Shown here: in pieces, positions 24,701 to 35,142 of the stretch
Position numbering within the stretch: the stretch's first letter is position 1
How the letters are laid out: every line of letters starts with the position of its first letter
DNA from: Mobula birostris
Taxonomy: Eukaryota
Assembly (NCBI RefSeq): GCF_030028105.1
Contig: NC_092371.1
Location: forward strand, 14,839,884 to 14,903,883
DNA length: 64,000 bases
Direction: 5' to 3'
Translations under genes and position numbers: made by a program
The notes under the pieces: generated by a model
Told to the model about the DNA's origin: nothing
The model's input: the letters and a program-made list of their open reading frames with translations, nothing else
Database searches by the model: none

Positions 24701-27603
24701 ACAAAAATCAAGGAGAGAAAAAACACGAGATATATGCTGAATTAAAAGACGGAAAGGAAAGGCTGGGGAAGATGAGCAGGGTATACTGTACATTTTCCCA
24801 ATAGTAATATCCCCAAATAGTTAATCCCACAGTCACTACACAAAAGGAGTGAACAATTAGGCTACATAGCAATGTTTATATAAATCCTCAGAAAGCGGCA
24901 ATAATAAACACCAAACACGAGGAAATCAGCAGATGCTAGAATTTCAATCAACACACATAAAATTGCTGGTGAACGCAGCAGGCCAGGCAGCATCGATAAG
25001 AAGAGGTACAGTCGACGTTTGAGGCCGAGACGAAGGGTCACGTTTTACCAAATTGAGCTAGGAATAATGCAGCAACAATAATAATATAAACAAAATACAC
25101 TAGGACACCCTGATCGCCGGAAACACGTTTTCAAGGATTCAGACATCCCATCCTTCAGATTCCTATCTTCCGGGACTTGAGTCGAATTTGCCTCAACTAT
25201 TCTCTGTGTCCTCTGTTCTAAACCCATTGGCTGCAATTATATACAGCCTCGAAAAAGGAACAGTAGGAACTGTTAATAGATATATGGACATGCCTGGAAA
25301 AAGCGAATCCTTACCTGATTTACATTCTTTAAAATGTTCAAATAACAATTACGATAACCAGCAATATAAGGAGCCCAAGGAGGATCGCCGCGGGACGATA
25401 GCAGTCTGGAGAGAAAGAATTGTTGCTTGCTGAAATAATTGCTTCCAAGAACATTTTATTCGACGTTTCATTTGTTTGTAATGTGAATGATTCTAAACAG
25501 GTATACACTAATTCTAAACAGCAAGAGCAAAAATTTAAATCGATGCCTTCAAGTTTGATGCTAGATTCAGATTGTACAGACAATTACCATCCACACCAGT
25601 GATGTTCTAACACTTAAGGATACCATCAGTGGATGTTACTTTAATTATATATGTTGCATGTCAAGCCCTAGCCAACACACCACGGCAAATTACTAAGATA
25701 TGAAAATGTATGCGGCGAATAAATTTGACCCCTCATCCTTAAGCTAAGATGGACGATTAGAAACCCATGGCAACGCCAACTAAAGAACGACTCATCGAAT
25801 GAAATAGCGCATGAAACCATACGGCTCTTCAAGTCATTTCCCCGCTTTCCTCTTAGTCACTTTGCCCATTCCAATCATTTTTAATTTCACCATCCCAACC
25901 TCAAAAGAAAGACAACGCTTTTCTTTCATGGTGGTCGTGTCTAATACCCGCAAGCTGCTCCCAACCGCACTGCGAGTACATCACGGACATCAGAGAGCTA
26001 AAAAGGAGTTTTATCCCAAGTTTCTCGGAGGGCTCAAGGGTTGGACAGCCAAAAGTGGTGTTGCTAGAGATAAACAGATCCTCATAACCGAATGCATACA
26101 TATTAATACTTACAGTGACTTTAGTGAACCGGCGGTCTATTCCAGCAGATATTGGGGAACAATGAGGCCGATCGGTCCATCGAGACTGCTCCGTCATTCC
26201 ATCACAGATGAGTATTAATATTGCATGTGTAAAACATCGCCTTACCTTGATCTGGTTCAATCGTGGGATAGGAGACGCTCGTAGTCCTCGTCTTTCCCGC
26301 ACACCCGACTTGTGCGATGCAGGTACAGACTCCTCCACTCCTCCAGGTTTCCACTGGGACCAGCACCTGACTCCTAACACTGTAGCTCTGGTCAGGATCA
26401 AGCGTGCCGGGATCGCTCCATCCTTCCGTGATCTGTCCGGATATGTTCCAGTAAATGATAATCTCTTTGGAAGACAGGCCGCCAACCAGACACACCAGGG
26501 GGACCGACCCGTTCACCTCAGACGGTGGGACAAATACCTGCATGTAGGTCCGAATGGTGGAGCTGTCTGGACAGAGATTGGAACACAGTTAATCGGAGCT
26601 TTAACCGAAATACATGGGTGAGTATAATCCCATTGCCGAGTTCTCTTACCTCCAACAAGGAGTGTAGGTCCTTGCACAAGCGGTGGATAGCTTTTTTTCT
26701 CAGCACAGTAGTAGGAACCCGAATCCTCCACACGGACATCCCGGATTTCCAGCACCGATGTGCGATCCCCGGAGCCTTTTTTGTAAGTAGACCTACAACC
26801 GTTCTGTTGGCAGCCCGTGGTTTTGATCGCTACCGGGGGTTCGTCATCACGGTGTTTGTACCAGAAAACACTGCTCGCAAACACCGTAAGTTCACAGGAC
26901 AATTCAACCATCCGACCGACTTCTGCAGTCACCGCACCCGGAATCACAGAAAACGGCTTGGATGCTGCAACACAAATTATTATCAGTCAACTAAAATTAT
27001 CCGGAACTGAACTAAGCAGAAATTAAGCACATTGCCTGTACTTTAAAAATTAAGAAACACTTTAAAAATTCGCCGATATTTTCAGTTGCATTTATTGGCT
27101 AAGGCATCTAAATAACATCTAACACAGAACCAGAAGATGTTCGACGTTAACCTGGTCAAATTTGAAAGACTTTTCCCTTATTCATTTACAGGATGTGCAG
27201 CCGATGAAATTAGTTTGTCTATCTGTCCGCATGTGACCTTAAATTGAGACGTTTGGTGCCATTTTCAGGTCCGGCTCGCCAAACAATCTGCTCGGCGTTT
27301 GGGGTTACTTACGGACAGAGAGGATCAGTGCGCCAGATAACCTTCACCAAAAGTAAATGAGCAAGGATCATAGAAAATCATTTTGAATTTATTTAGGTAG
27401 TTTTAGAATCAGCATTAATGAGATTCTAGCTTTGTAATCCATATTTATTTGATTCACTGAAGCTTATTTTCCCACTTGCACGGGACGTTTAATGTACTGG
27501 ATAACAAACAGGCTAGGACGAGTTTGGGAGTTCCCAACACCGACTCACCGTAAACACGGTTCATCTGAACGGTAACGAACAGGAATAAAACTTCCATCAT
27601 CAT
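21684..27603 (-). CDS. Non-rearranging antigen-receptor-like IgSF gene B: leader - VJ - C1 - stalk/TM - cytoplasmic - ITIM (PRARP/VJC1-like)
   Basis: Six exons with canonical AG/GT ends. As read it encodes a 252-aa L-VJ-C1-TM protein stopping right after the TM; removing one nt in the TM exon gives a 297-aa protein ending ...TQAPILYPSLDFAVSSSHRR*. Confidence 0.88.
21992..22041 (-). CDS. Gene B 50-nt cytoplasmic exon
   Basis: Strong acceptor ATATTCTTTTTATGCACAG| and donor CAG|GTACGG; phase 1 to 0: GTHRQSATRQGHSSAAQ. Confidence 0.7.
22430..22910 (-). mobile_element. CR1 LINE 3' fragment
   Basis: ATAAGACCATAA tail, GGCCAATCGGCCCATCGAATCTGCTCC 3'UTR and antisense RT C-terminus. Confidence 0.75.
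23270..23960 (+). mobile_element. R4/Dong-like RLE non-LTR retrotransposon C-terminal fragment
   Basis: CGKCQEKPEAIQHIAGSC (CCHC-type knuckle), YLHRQNQ, ITDGAIHNYRPD..TDIVI (restriction-like endonuclease), frameshifted. Confidence 0.75.
24230..24930 (+). mobile_element. Second R4/Dong-like RLE fragment, interrupted by a PLE-type repeat
   Basis: TFQHVTGCCSSLTLSNYLHRHNQMRSIMHQN; IIDKTIHYN..IILQDKQ; paralogous to 23270-23960. Confidence 0.7.
25315..25405 (-). CDS. Gene B stalk/transmembrane exon (91 nt, one extra base)
   Basis: TTCTTTCTCTCCAG| (D)CYRPAAILLGLLILLVIVIVI* then ...AAATCAG|GTAAG; the shifted frame reads EHFKECKS with no stop. Confidence 0.88.
26246..26566 (-). CDS. Gene B C1-set constant domain exon (321 nt, phase 1-1)
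   Basis: TCTCTGTCCAG| DSSTIRTYMQVFVPP..VPLVCLVGGL..IIIYWNISG..DPDQSYSVRSQVLVPVETWRSGGVCTCIAQV..SYPTIEPDQ |GTAAG; open frame; N-glycosylation sequons NGS and NIS. Confidence 0.92.
26650..26964 (-). CDS. Gene B germline-joined V+J-like exon (315 nt, phase 1-1)
   Basis: TTGTGTTGCAG| SKPFSVIPG..VELSC..VFWYKH..VLEIRDVRVEDSGSYYCAEKKSYPPLVQGPTLLVG|GTAAG; canonical C, W, DxxxYYC; no RSS. Confidence 0.95.
27549..27603 (-). CDS. Gene B leader exon
   Basis: ATGATGATG.. MMMEVLFLFVTVQMNRVY+G |GTGAGT; 55 nt, phase 1, in frame with the VJ exon. Confidence 0.85.
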
Positions 27604-27920
27604 TTGGACTCAGCCCGGCGGTTGGCTATCGTGCACTCGACTGCCAGGGGTCGGTGTGAGTTTAGCCGCGACTCTGTGCAGCCGCTCAGCTGCCGTGGTC
27701 CCTGCTCGGTGACGAGATTCCGAGGCGGGTCTGCTGCATCCATTCCGCGTCTTGCGCGGGTTAGACTTGGTTACCGTGTTAGTGCGTCACAGGGTCAAAC
27801 GGCTGTTGAAATTGTTCAGAAAGACTTCCAAAGGGAGCGTAGATTGAGCATGGTTTCTGGGAGGCGGACGTCCTCATGCCTGAATCCCCGCAGGAGCAGG
27901 CGATGAGTCGACGGCATTTA
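27604..27920 (-). promoter_or_regulatory. CpG-rich 5' region / probable promoter-5'UTR of gene B
   Basis: Locally GC- and CpG-rich non-repeat DNA directly upstream of the leader ATG; no specific element verified. Confidence 0.35.
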
Positions 27921-28299
27921 CTTACTGCAGTCCCTCTTCTAAAGGTACTCTTTTCTGCACCGGGAGAAAGAGTTCAGAACCAGAGACATTGACGGACCAC
28001 AGATATACAAGCCAGGGTAATTCACGACTTGGAGAATAACCTGCAGTGGTGTATTACAGTCGCTGCTAGACTTGCACAGCTTGGCCGGGGTCTGGGAAGA
28101 GCTGCTGGGTGTGTAAATTAGTGAATTTTGGTACAGGTACTTTGAAATGGATAATACCGAGTTCGCTTGGTCGGAGCTGCGCCATGAGAGGCCAACAGAG
28201 TGTATTCCATCGAAGTCCTAACCCGCGCTAAGGTCGAAATGCATTGTGCTGTCACAAAGTGTTACTCGCTCTGGGATTCGCAACCTCTGGCCTGTTCTT

Positions 28300-28880
28300 G
28301 TAGTCGCCATATTCAAACAGCGAAAAATGTTTATAATAAATGGTGATTTCCATAGCGTTGTACAATGCCGAGGCTTCATAAGATATTGGTTAGACCGTGC
28401 CTGGATTATTGTGAGTAGTTCTGGGCACCTTATTTAAGAAAGGATGAGCTGAAGTTATGAAGACCTTTTCTTTTGCATCTGGGTTTATACTGGCAGGAGA
28501 TTAGAAGAATGGGCTGGGCGGGGTGTAATATCATTGAAACCTGTCAAAAAATGAAAGAGTGAAGGTGGAAATGTTATTTCCAATTGTAGGAGACGCTAGA
28601 ACCAGAGTGCACAGCCTCAGTAAAGTATGACGCACCTTTAGAACAACGATAAGGAGGAATTTCTTTTGCCAGGGTGTAGTGAATTTGTGAAACTCGTTGC
28701 CAGAGATGGCTGTGGACCCAAGCCATTGGTTATATTTAGAGAGAAGCTTAATAGGTTCCTGATCAGGAAAGCGTTTCAGGAAAAAGATAGAACTGGTTTG
28801 AGTGAGAAATGAATCGGACATGATAGAATAGTGGAGCAGACTCGATGGGCTGAATCGCCTAATTCTGCTCCTATGTCATA
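28300..28880 (+). mobile_element. CR1 LINE RT 3' fragment
   Basis: TTAGACCGTGCCTGGATTATTGTGAGTAGTTCTGG (LEYCxQFW-like) through the 3'UTR GAATCGCCTAATTCTGCTCCTATG. Confidence 0.75.
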
Positions 28881-29484
28881 TGGTTACTCGATTATGCGGG
28901 ACTCGTTAAGTGTTAAATTTCTATTTATTTATTAAGGTTAGAGAGCCGTTTCCATTACGAAGCCCGGGTAAACCGGACGCAACATAGAGCACAGTTTATG
29001 AGGTTATGAGCCTTCCAGTCTGTCACATAATAGGAAGTCTAAAAGGCTGAACTCTGGGCAGCAGCGTCCAGGCTACGAAAACAGGAAACCCACTGTGACG
29101 AAAAAAAAAACAAGTTGCGGATATTACCCTTCCTCTTATTAAGCTCTTGCCAAAGAATGCAAAGTTTGTGCGCGACGACCTTTGTTAGATTCGTCCGGGA
29201 CGGAAACCACTGAGAATTTACACTGATCACAACCCATTAGTGTTTTTGGCCACTATGAAGGATAAAAAGAAAAGGTTGCTAAATTGGAGCCTGGTCTTAG
29301 AGGATATTGAAATAACATTTATAAAAGGAATGGAAAATGTGATTGCTGACTGTCTGTCAAGGTGTTGAAAACTTAGTTCTCTGTATTAGCCTCATAGCTG
29401 ATGACCCTGTATATTAGTGTGTATCTAATAATGTATTCCTGCTCATAATTTTTACCCCGGGAAAAATCCTTTGAAGGATAAGGG

Positions 29485-30009
29485 TGTGAGAAAAAAAAAC
29501 AAGTTATCAGAAGATTGATGCTGATGAGAGAGATAAGGGAGACAATGGAGAAACATTCAAAATGCTAATAAGAGAGAAGAGAGAGATGAGATTAACGAGA
29601 AAGAAACACATTTCAGATATTGACAGACCGATTGCTTTGAACCTGAACTGCTTGAAGTTTGATGGACAGGCGATACCCAGTAGGGGGATAAAAAAAAACA
29701 GGTTCGCTAAGGCACGACGCACAGCACGAGATCACGTGATAACGAGACCCAGGAAGAGCGGTGTGCCCCCACAAGTAGTTGGAGTTTGGAGGTCTGGTCG
29801 CGATAACCGAGCATAGACGCACAGGGTGAAAAGGTATGATCGGCGGGAACCTGCTGTGTGTGTCCGCCCTTGCCCCTGGGTGCCGGGTTTACCGCGGAAG
29901 AACGGTCGTATCCGGAAACGGAGGGGTCACAGTCGGTGACCACAGAAGACATAAAAAAGGGTCCGCCCGAAAGCCAACTGTGAAGAACATCAAAGGTCTG
30001 CTGAATCAG

Positions 30010-30056
<47 letters not shown>

Positions 30057-30337
30057 AACGGCACAACAGCGATTACTGCGAACTGTACTAAGCTGAACTG
30101 AACTCTGCGTCACTTGAGACTGATTATTTTACCCCTAGAGCTTGGTTGATTCCTATTAGCCTAGTTCTGTGTATATGCGTGTTTTATCATTGCTAACCTG
30201 TTGCATCTATATCCTTACGATTACCGTACTGTGTTACTTATTTCTTTAATAAAACTTTATTAGTTTCTGTTAAACCAGTCTCCAACAAAATGGTCCATTT
30301 CTGCTGGTTTGGCAACCCAGTTACGGGGTACGTAACA
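29485..30337 (+). repeat. LTR (central/5') with (CT)n tract
   Basis: TGTGAGAAAA...GGGGTACGTAACA; highly similar to 33594-34454. Confidence 0.95.
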
Positions 30338-30340
30338 TAA

Positions 30341-32584
30341 GTGGGGATCTCGTCCGCGATTTTGAACGCCAAATTTGGGACTGGGAAAGTTGATTGGGTT
30401 AATATTCCCGAAAGAAAGAAAGGACAAACAGCAGAAATGGAAATTGAGGAATTTCTAAAGGCGCCAATCTTGGGGGCATTAGAGGATGCCATTAAATCAG
30501 AATTGGCAACTGTTGCCAAACGGTTGAATCTTCTTAAGGGGAAGTCGACAATGAGGAGAGCGGAGATGCACAGAGCTATCATAGAGCATTATGTATCAAA
30601 AGGTGTGTTTCCCCAAGGGGAGCTGGAGGTGGTATCTACGGGCCAACCTGGTGGAGAAGCAGTACAGCTGCAGATGGAAAAATTGAGACTCGAGCACGAG
30701 TTCCAGGTAAAACAGTTGGAACGAGAAGAGAGGGACAGGCAGCTTGAACAAGAAGCGAAGCGGTTAGAACGACACGAGAGAAAGAAACAGAGGGATAGGG
30801 ACTTTGAGCTGGAGAAGTTAAGGATGACGCTAGCGCAGGGGCCCATGCCGAACCAAGGTGGAGGGTTCAGGGTGACACAGGAGGTTAGGCTGGTTCCCCC
30901 ATTTGAGGATGCCGATGCTGATCGGTACTTTCTCCAGTTTGAAAAAGTCGCTGCAAGTCAGGACTGGCCGATGGATAAGTGGGCTGTTTTCCTTCAGAGC
31001 GTACTTAAAGAGAAGGCTCAACAAGCTTACTCGGCTTTGTTCGTAGAAGATGCCCAAAGGTATGATGTCGTGAAAGAGGTGATACTCAGGATTTATGAGT
31101 TGGTCCCGGAGGCATACCGGTAGAAGTTCCGGAATGCGAGGAAGCAGTGGGGCCGCACGTATGTAGAGTTTGCCCGTGAGATGCAGATGTATTGTGAGCG
31201 TTGGTGCGCCTCGAAAGGGGTCACTGGGGATTATGACAGACTGCTACAGCTAATACTGATTGAGCAATTTAAAGGTTGTGTCCCTGAAGGTATGAGGCCC
31301 TATCTAGATGAGAAAGAGGCAGAAACCTTAGCCGCAACTGCTAAGTTAGCGGATGAGTACGCGTTAACACACAAAGCGAAGTTTACCCCGAGTAAAAGCT
31401 ACCACAAGGGTAGTCGAGAGGGCGGAGAGAGTCCGCCGGAAAAGCCAGAAAGTGAGCTTGGGACTAGTGAGAAGGATAAGGAAGACAGGAAGCAGTTTGG
31501 TAGGAAGTTTCCTGGGGTCGTATGCTATAATTGTGGGAAAGCCGGTCACTTTGCGTCCAGGTGCTTTGCCCCAAAGAAGGAGACGGGGAAAGGAAAAACA
31601 ACGGTTCCGACTGGCTGTATTGAGCTGGCAAACAAACCGCTAGGGGAGAAGAGGCCTGATAAAGTTCAGGAAGGGCGCGAGAAGTTTATCTCGGCCGGAT
31701 TGGTGTCGGTGAAGGTGGGGTTAAACCCGGTTCCAGTACGGATCTCGAGAGACACTGGAGCTTGTCAGTCACTGATCTTAAGGAGTGTTTTAGGCTTTAG
31801 TTCAGAGACCGAGACTGGGGAGGTCAATGTGATAAAAGGCATTGAGAAAGGGATTGAAGCAGTACCTTTGCACCAGATACACCTAAAAAGCGACTTGGTC
31901 TCCGGACCGGTCACGATCGGGGTGAGGCCCGAACTACCGATGGAAGACGTGGAGGTCTTACTCGGTAATGACCTCGCCGGCGGAAATGTGTACTCAGCAG
32001 TAAAATTGACAAGCCAACCTTCCAACATTGAGGCCCCGCCCATGGACTCACAGGCTTATCCCGTCTGCGCAGTGACTCGGCGCATGTCCAGAAAGGCTGC
32101 CGAAGTGAGTATAGATTTAGCTGAGACGTTTTTACCAACCTTGTACCAGGAGGGGTTAGAAAGTGAGAAGGGGTGTAGTAATACGGAAGTTGAGGTAGAC
32201 TTATCATTAGCAAGGAATGAATTTATACAGGCACAGGAGCGAGACGAGGAGCTAATGGTTTTGGCGGAGACAGCTCTCTTTGAAGCAGAATTAAAAACGG
32301 AGCCTGTGGGCTATTATGTGAAGGAGGGAGTACGAATGGGGAAATGGAGACCACGTACCGTGCCCGCAGATGAGGAATGTGGGGTGGTACACCAGGTGGT
32401 AGTGCCGAAAATTTATAGGGGCGAGATTCTTAACCTGGCCCACAAGATACCCCTCGGTGGACATTTTGGGGTAAGGAAGACAGTCGATAGAATCATGAAA
32501 GAGTTTTACTGGCCACACAGGAGGAAGGATGCTATTGACTATCGTAGACGTGAGCTAACACAGTTACAGGCTATGATATGCTAA
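30341..32584 (+). pseudogene. gag (SCAN-like capsid, CCHC) - protease - integrase zinc-finger region
   Basis: ORFs 30341-31123 and 31181-32584 split by a TAG: RLVPPFEDADADRYFLQFEKVA, ILIEQFKGCVP, CYNCGKAGHFASRC, RDTGACQSLI, HKIPLGGHFGVRKT..FYWP. Confidence 0.9.
30342..30360 (+). other. Primer-binding site, tRNA-Pro-like
   Basis: TGGGGATCTCGTCCGCGAT just 3' of the LTR resembles the complement of the tRNA-Pro 3' end (TGGGGGCTCGTCCGGGAT). Confidence 0.65.
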
Positions 32585-32699
32585 CAGCTTGCCAGGATAG
32601 GCGAGCAGATCTAGTCGGTGTTATCACGAAAATTAATGATGCTAGGGTACCACCTGATCAGGGGAAAACCCATGTTGAAAAGATAAGTATGGTGCCGAC

Positions 32700-33480
32700 C
32701 AGATGGGAGAACTGTATTTTTTGGCCAGCTTTGCTGATAAGGTCTCTCCCTTAACTCCCGAACAGAGCGAGCCGCTGAGAAAGCTAATTAACCGAGACGC
32801 AGACGTATGTCCGGATGTTCCGAGGCGATGCAAAGAGCCGGTACATGGTGGTGTTGCCACATCAGGTCAGCCTAGTAAGCAACACCCTTACAGGATGATT
32901 AATTCAGTGACAAAAGGGCTGAGGAACGCAGACGCGTGTATTGACGATTTAGTGGTCTGGAGTGACACGTGGGAGGAGCACGTTGTGGCAGTAGAGGAAC
33001 TGTTTAAAAAAGCTGTTTGAAGCCAGCCTGACAGTGAATCTCGCAAAAAGTGAATTCGGCCACGCGAAGGTCACTTATATGGGATTTTGGTAGGACAGGG
33101 GCAGCTGACTCCGATGCAGGCTAAGGTTGCGGCCTTTCTCTGAAGTCCCCACCCCGACAGACAAGAGAGCCCTGAGAAGGTTCTTGGGGATGGTGGGGTA
33201 CTATCGGAAATTTTGCAAAAAATTTGCGGATATTACCCTCCCTCTTATTAAGCTCTTGCCAAAGAATGCTAAGTTTGTGCGCGACGACCTTTGTTAGATT
33301 CGTCCGGGATGGAAACCACTGAGAATTTACATTGACCACAACCCATTAGTGTTTTTGGCCACTATGAAGGATAAAAAGAAAAGGTTGCTAAGTTGGAGCC
33401 TGGTCTTAGAGGATATTGAAATAACATTTATAAAAGGAACGGAAAATGTGATTGCTGACTGTCTGTCAAGGTGTTGAAAA
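32700..33480 (+). pseudogene. Deleted RT and RNase H remnants of the Gypsy element
   Basis: KQHPYRM | ACIDDLVVWSDTWEEH; LGMVGYYRKFC; DHNPLVFL..KGTENVIADCLSRC*, then PPT TTGAAGGATAAGGG. Confidence 0.85.
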
Positions 33481-33593
33481 CTTAGTTCTCTGTATTAGCC
33501 TAATACCTGATGACCCTGTATATTGGTGTGTATCTAATAATGTATTCCTGCTCATAATTTTTACCCGGGGAAAAATCCTTTGAAGGATAAGGG

Positions 33594-34097
33594 TGTGAGA
33601 AAAAAAAACAAGTTATCAGAAGATTGATGCTGATGAGAGAGATAAGGGAGACAATGGAGAAACATTCAAAATGCTAATAAGAGAGAAGAGAGAGATGAGA
33701 TTAACGAGAAAGAAACACATTTCAGATATTGACAGACCGATTGCTTTGAACCTGAACTGCTTGAAGTTTGATGGACAGGCGATACCTCAGCAGGGGGATA
33801 AAAAGAACAGGTTCGCTAAGGCACGACGCACACCACGAGATCACGTGATAACGAGATCCTGGAAGAGCGGTGTGCCCCCACAAGTGGTTGGAGTTTGGAG
33901 GTCTGATCGCGGTAACCGACCATAGACGCACAGGGTGAAAAGATACGATCAGTGGGAACCTGCTGTGTGTGTCCGCCCTTGCCCCTGGGTGCCGGGTTCA
34001 CCGCGGAAGAACGGTTGTATCCGGAAACGGGGGGGTCACTGTCGGTGACCACATAAGACATAAAAAAGGGTCCGCCCGAAAACCAACTGCGAATCAG

Positions 34098-34172
<75 letters not shown>

Positions 34173-34454
34173 CAACGGCACAACAGAGATAACTGCGAAC
34201 TGTACTAAGCTGAACTGAACTCTGCGTCACTTGAGACTGATTATTTTACCCCTAGAGCTTGGTTGATTCCTATTACCCTAGTTCTGTGTATATGCGTGTT
34301 TTATCATTGCTAAACTGTTGCATCTATATCTTTACGATTACCGTACTGTGTTAATTATTTCTTTAATAAAACTTTATAAGTTTCTGTTAAACCAGACTCC
34401 AACGAAGTGGTCCATTTCTGCTATTTTGGCAACCCAGTTACGGGGTACGTAACA
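33594..34454 (+). repeat. 3' LTR with expanded (CT)n tract
   Basis: Direct repeat of 29485-30337; longer (CT)n and lacks a ~20-nt segment present in the other LTR. Confidence 0.95.
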
Positions 34455-34978
34455 CCACAAAGAGACTCCAGTTCGGTTGCATTTTCCATTTCATGCGTTA
34501 ACTGTAGTTGCAACTGTTTGTCAGTATTTGAAGCGTCTGAATATGAGATAGGTGCATTGTGAATGAGTCTGTCTGCAAGTTTCACGGTAGAAATTCACTG
34601 GACATCTCTGATGACAGCACGTCCTGCTGCCTTTGTATCAGGGGCTGATTGGTCGTCCTGTTACTGAAGGTTAAATCTCTCTCGAGCACCGATTCGTCCT
34701 TGGCACAACATGGCTATTTCAGTCCAAAACCAGCAGTTGCCCTTTAAATTGAAAAGTAAATTTATTTCATTCTTCGTACCTCATGTCAAATTCATCCGTC
34801 CTGATGAAAGGCCTAACCCGAAACGTTTATTCCTCCGCAAATACTCTGCCTGAGTTCTGAGTTCTTTCAGTATTTTATGTCTGCACCCTGAAAGATGACT
34901 TCCTGCAATAAGGGCTCCTGCAAAATATCTACAGCGTAGAAGATATATTTGGCCGCTTTTCTCCTCAGTGGCGATTCT

Positions 34979-35142
34979 NNNNNNNNNNNNNNNNNNNNNN
35001 NNNNNNNNNNNNNNNNNNNNNNNNNNNNNNNNNNNNNNNNNNNNNNNNNNNNNNNNNNNNNNNNNNNNNNNNNNNNNNNNNNNNNNNNNNNNNNNNNNNN
35101 NNNNNNNNNNNNNNNNNNNNNNNNNNNNNNNNNNNNNNNNNN
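34979..35142. other. Assembly gap (N)
   Basis: 164 N. Confidence 0.99.

Larger units (their letters stand above)
29094..34454 (+). mobile_element. Gmr1-like Gypsy LTR retrotransposon, deleted and tandem-derived, with CCAC target-site duplication
   Basis: TG...CA termini flanked by CCAC (29090-29093, 34455-34458); gag, CCHC, DTG protease, integrase H2C2, RT (CIDD) and RNase H remnants; PBS and PPT present. Confidence 0.92.

Noticed and set aside
25811-27026. ORFs 25811-26218, 25901-26485, 26208-26621 and 26525-27010
   Set aside because: Antisense or alternative-frame shadows of the V and C1 exons and a neighbouring repeat fragment.
27313-27371. Alternative leader-like exon (MILAHLLLVKVIW..|GTAAGT) upstream of the VJ exon
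   Set aside because: Ends in phase 2, out of frame with the V exon; the exon at 27549-27603 fits in frame.
29091-29097. RSS heptamer-like CACTGTG/CACAGTG hits (also ~6577, ~9394, ~46560)
   Set aside because: No nonamer at 12 or 23 spacing and none adjacent to a V or J segment, so no evidence for RAG-mediated rearrangement in this window.
30010-30017. Ig octamer ATTTGCAT near gene B (second copy at 34098-34105)
   Set aside because: Both copies lie in the Gypsy LTRs, and about two hits of an 8-mer are expected by chance in 64 kb of double-stranded DNA.
29485-34454. Long direct repeats or microsatellites as a CRISPR-like array
   Set aside because: They are retrotransposon LTRs and simple repeats in eukaryotic DNA; no repeat-spacer periodicity.
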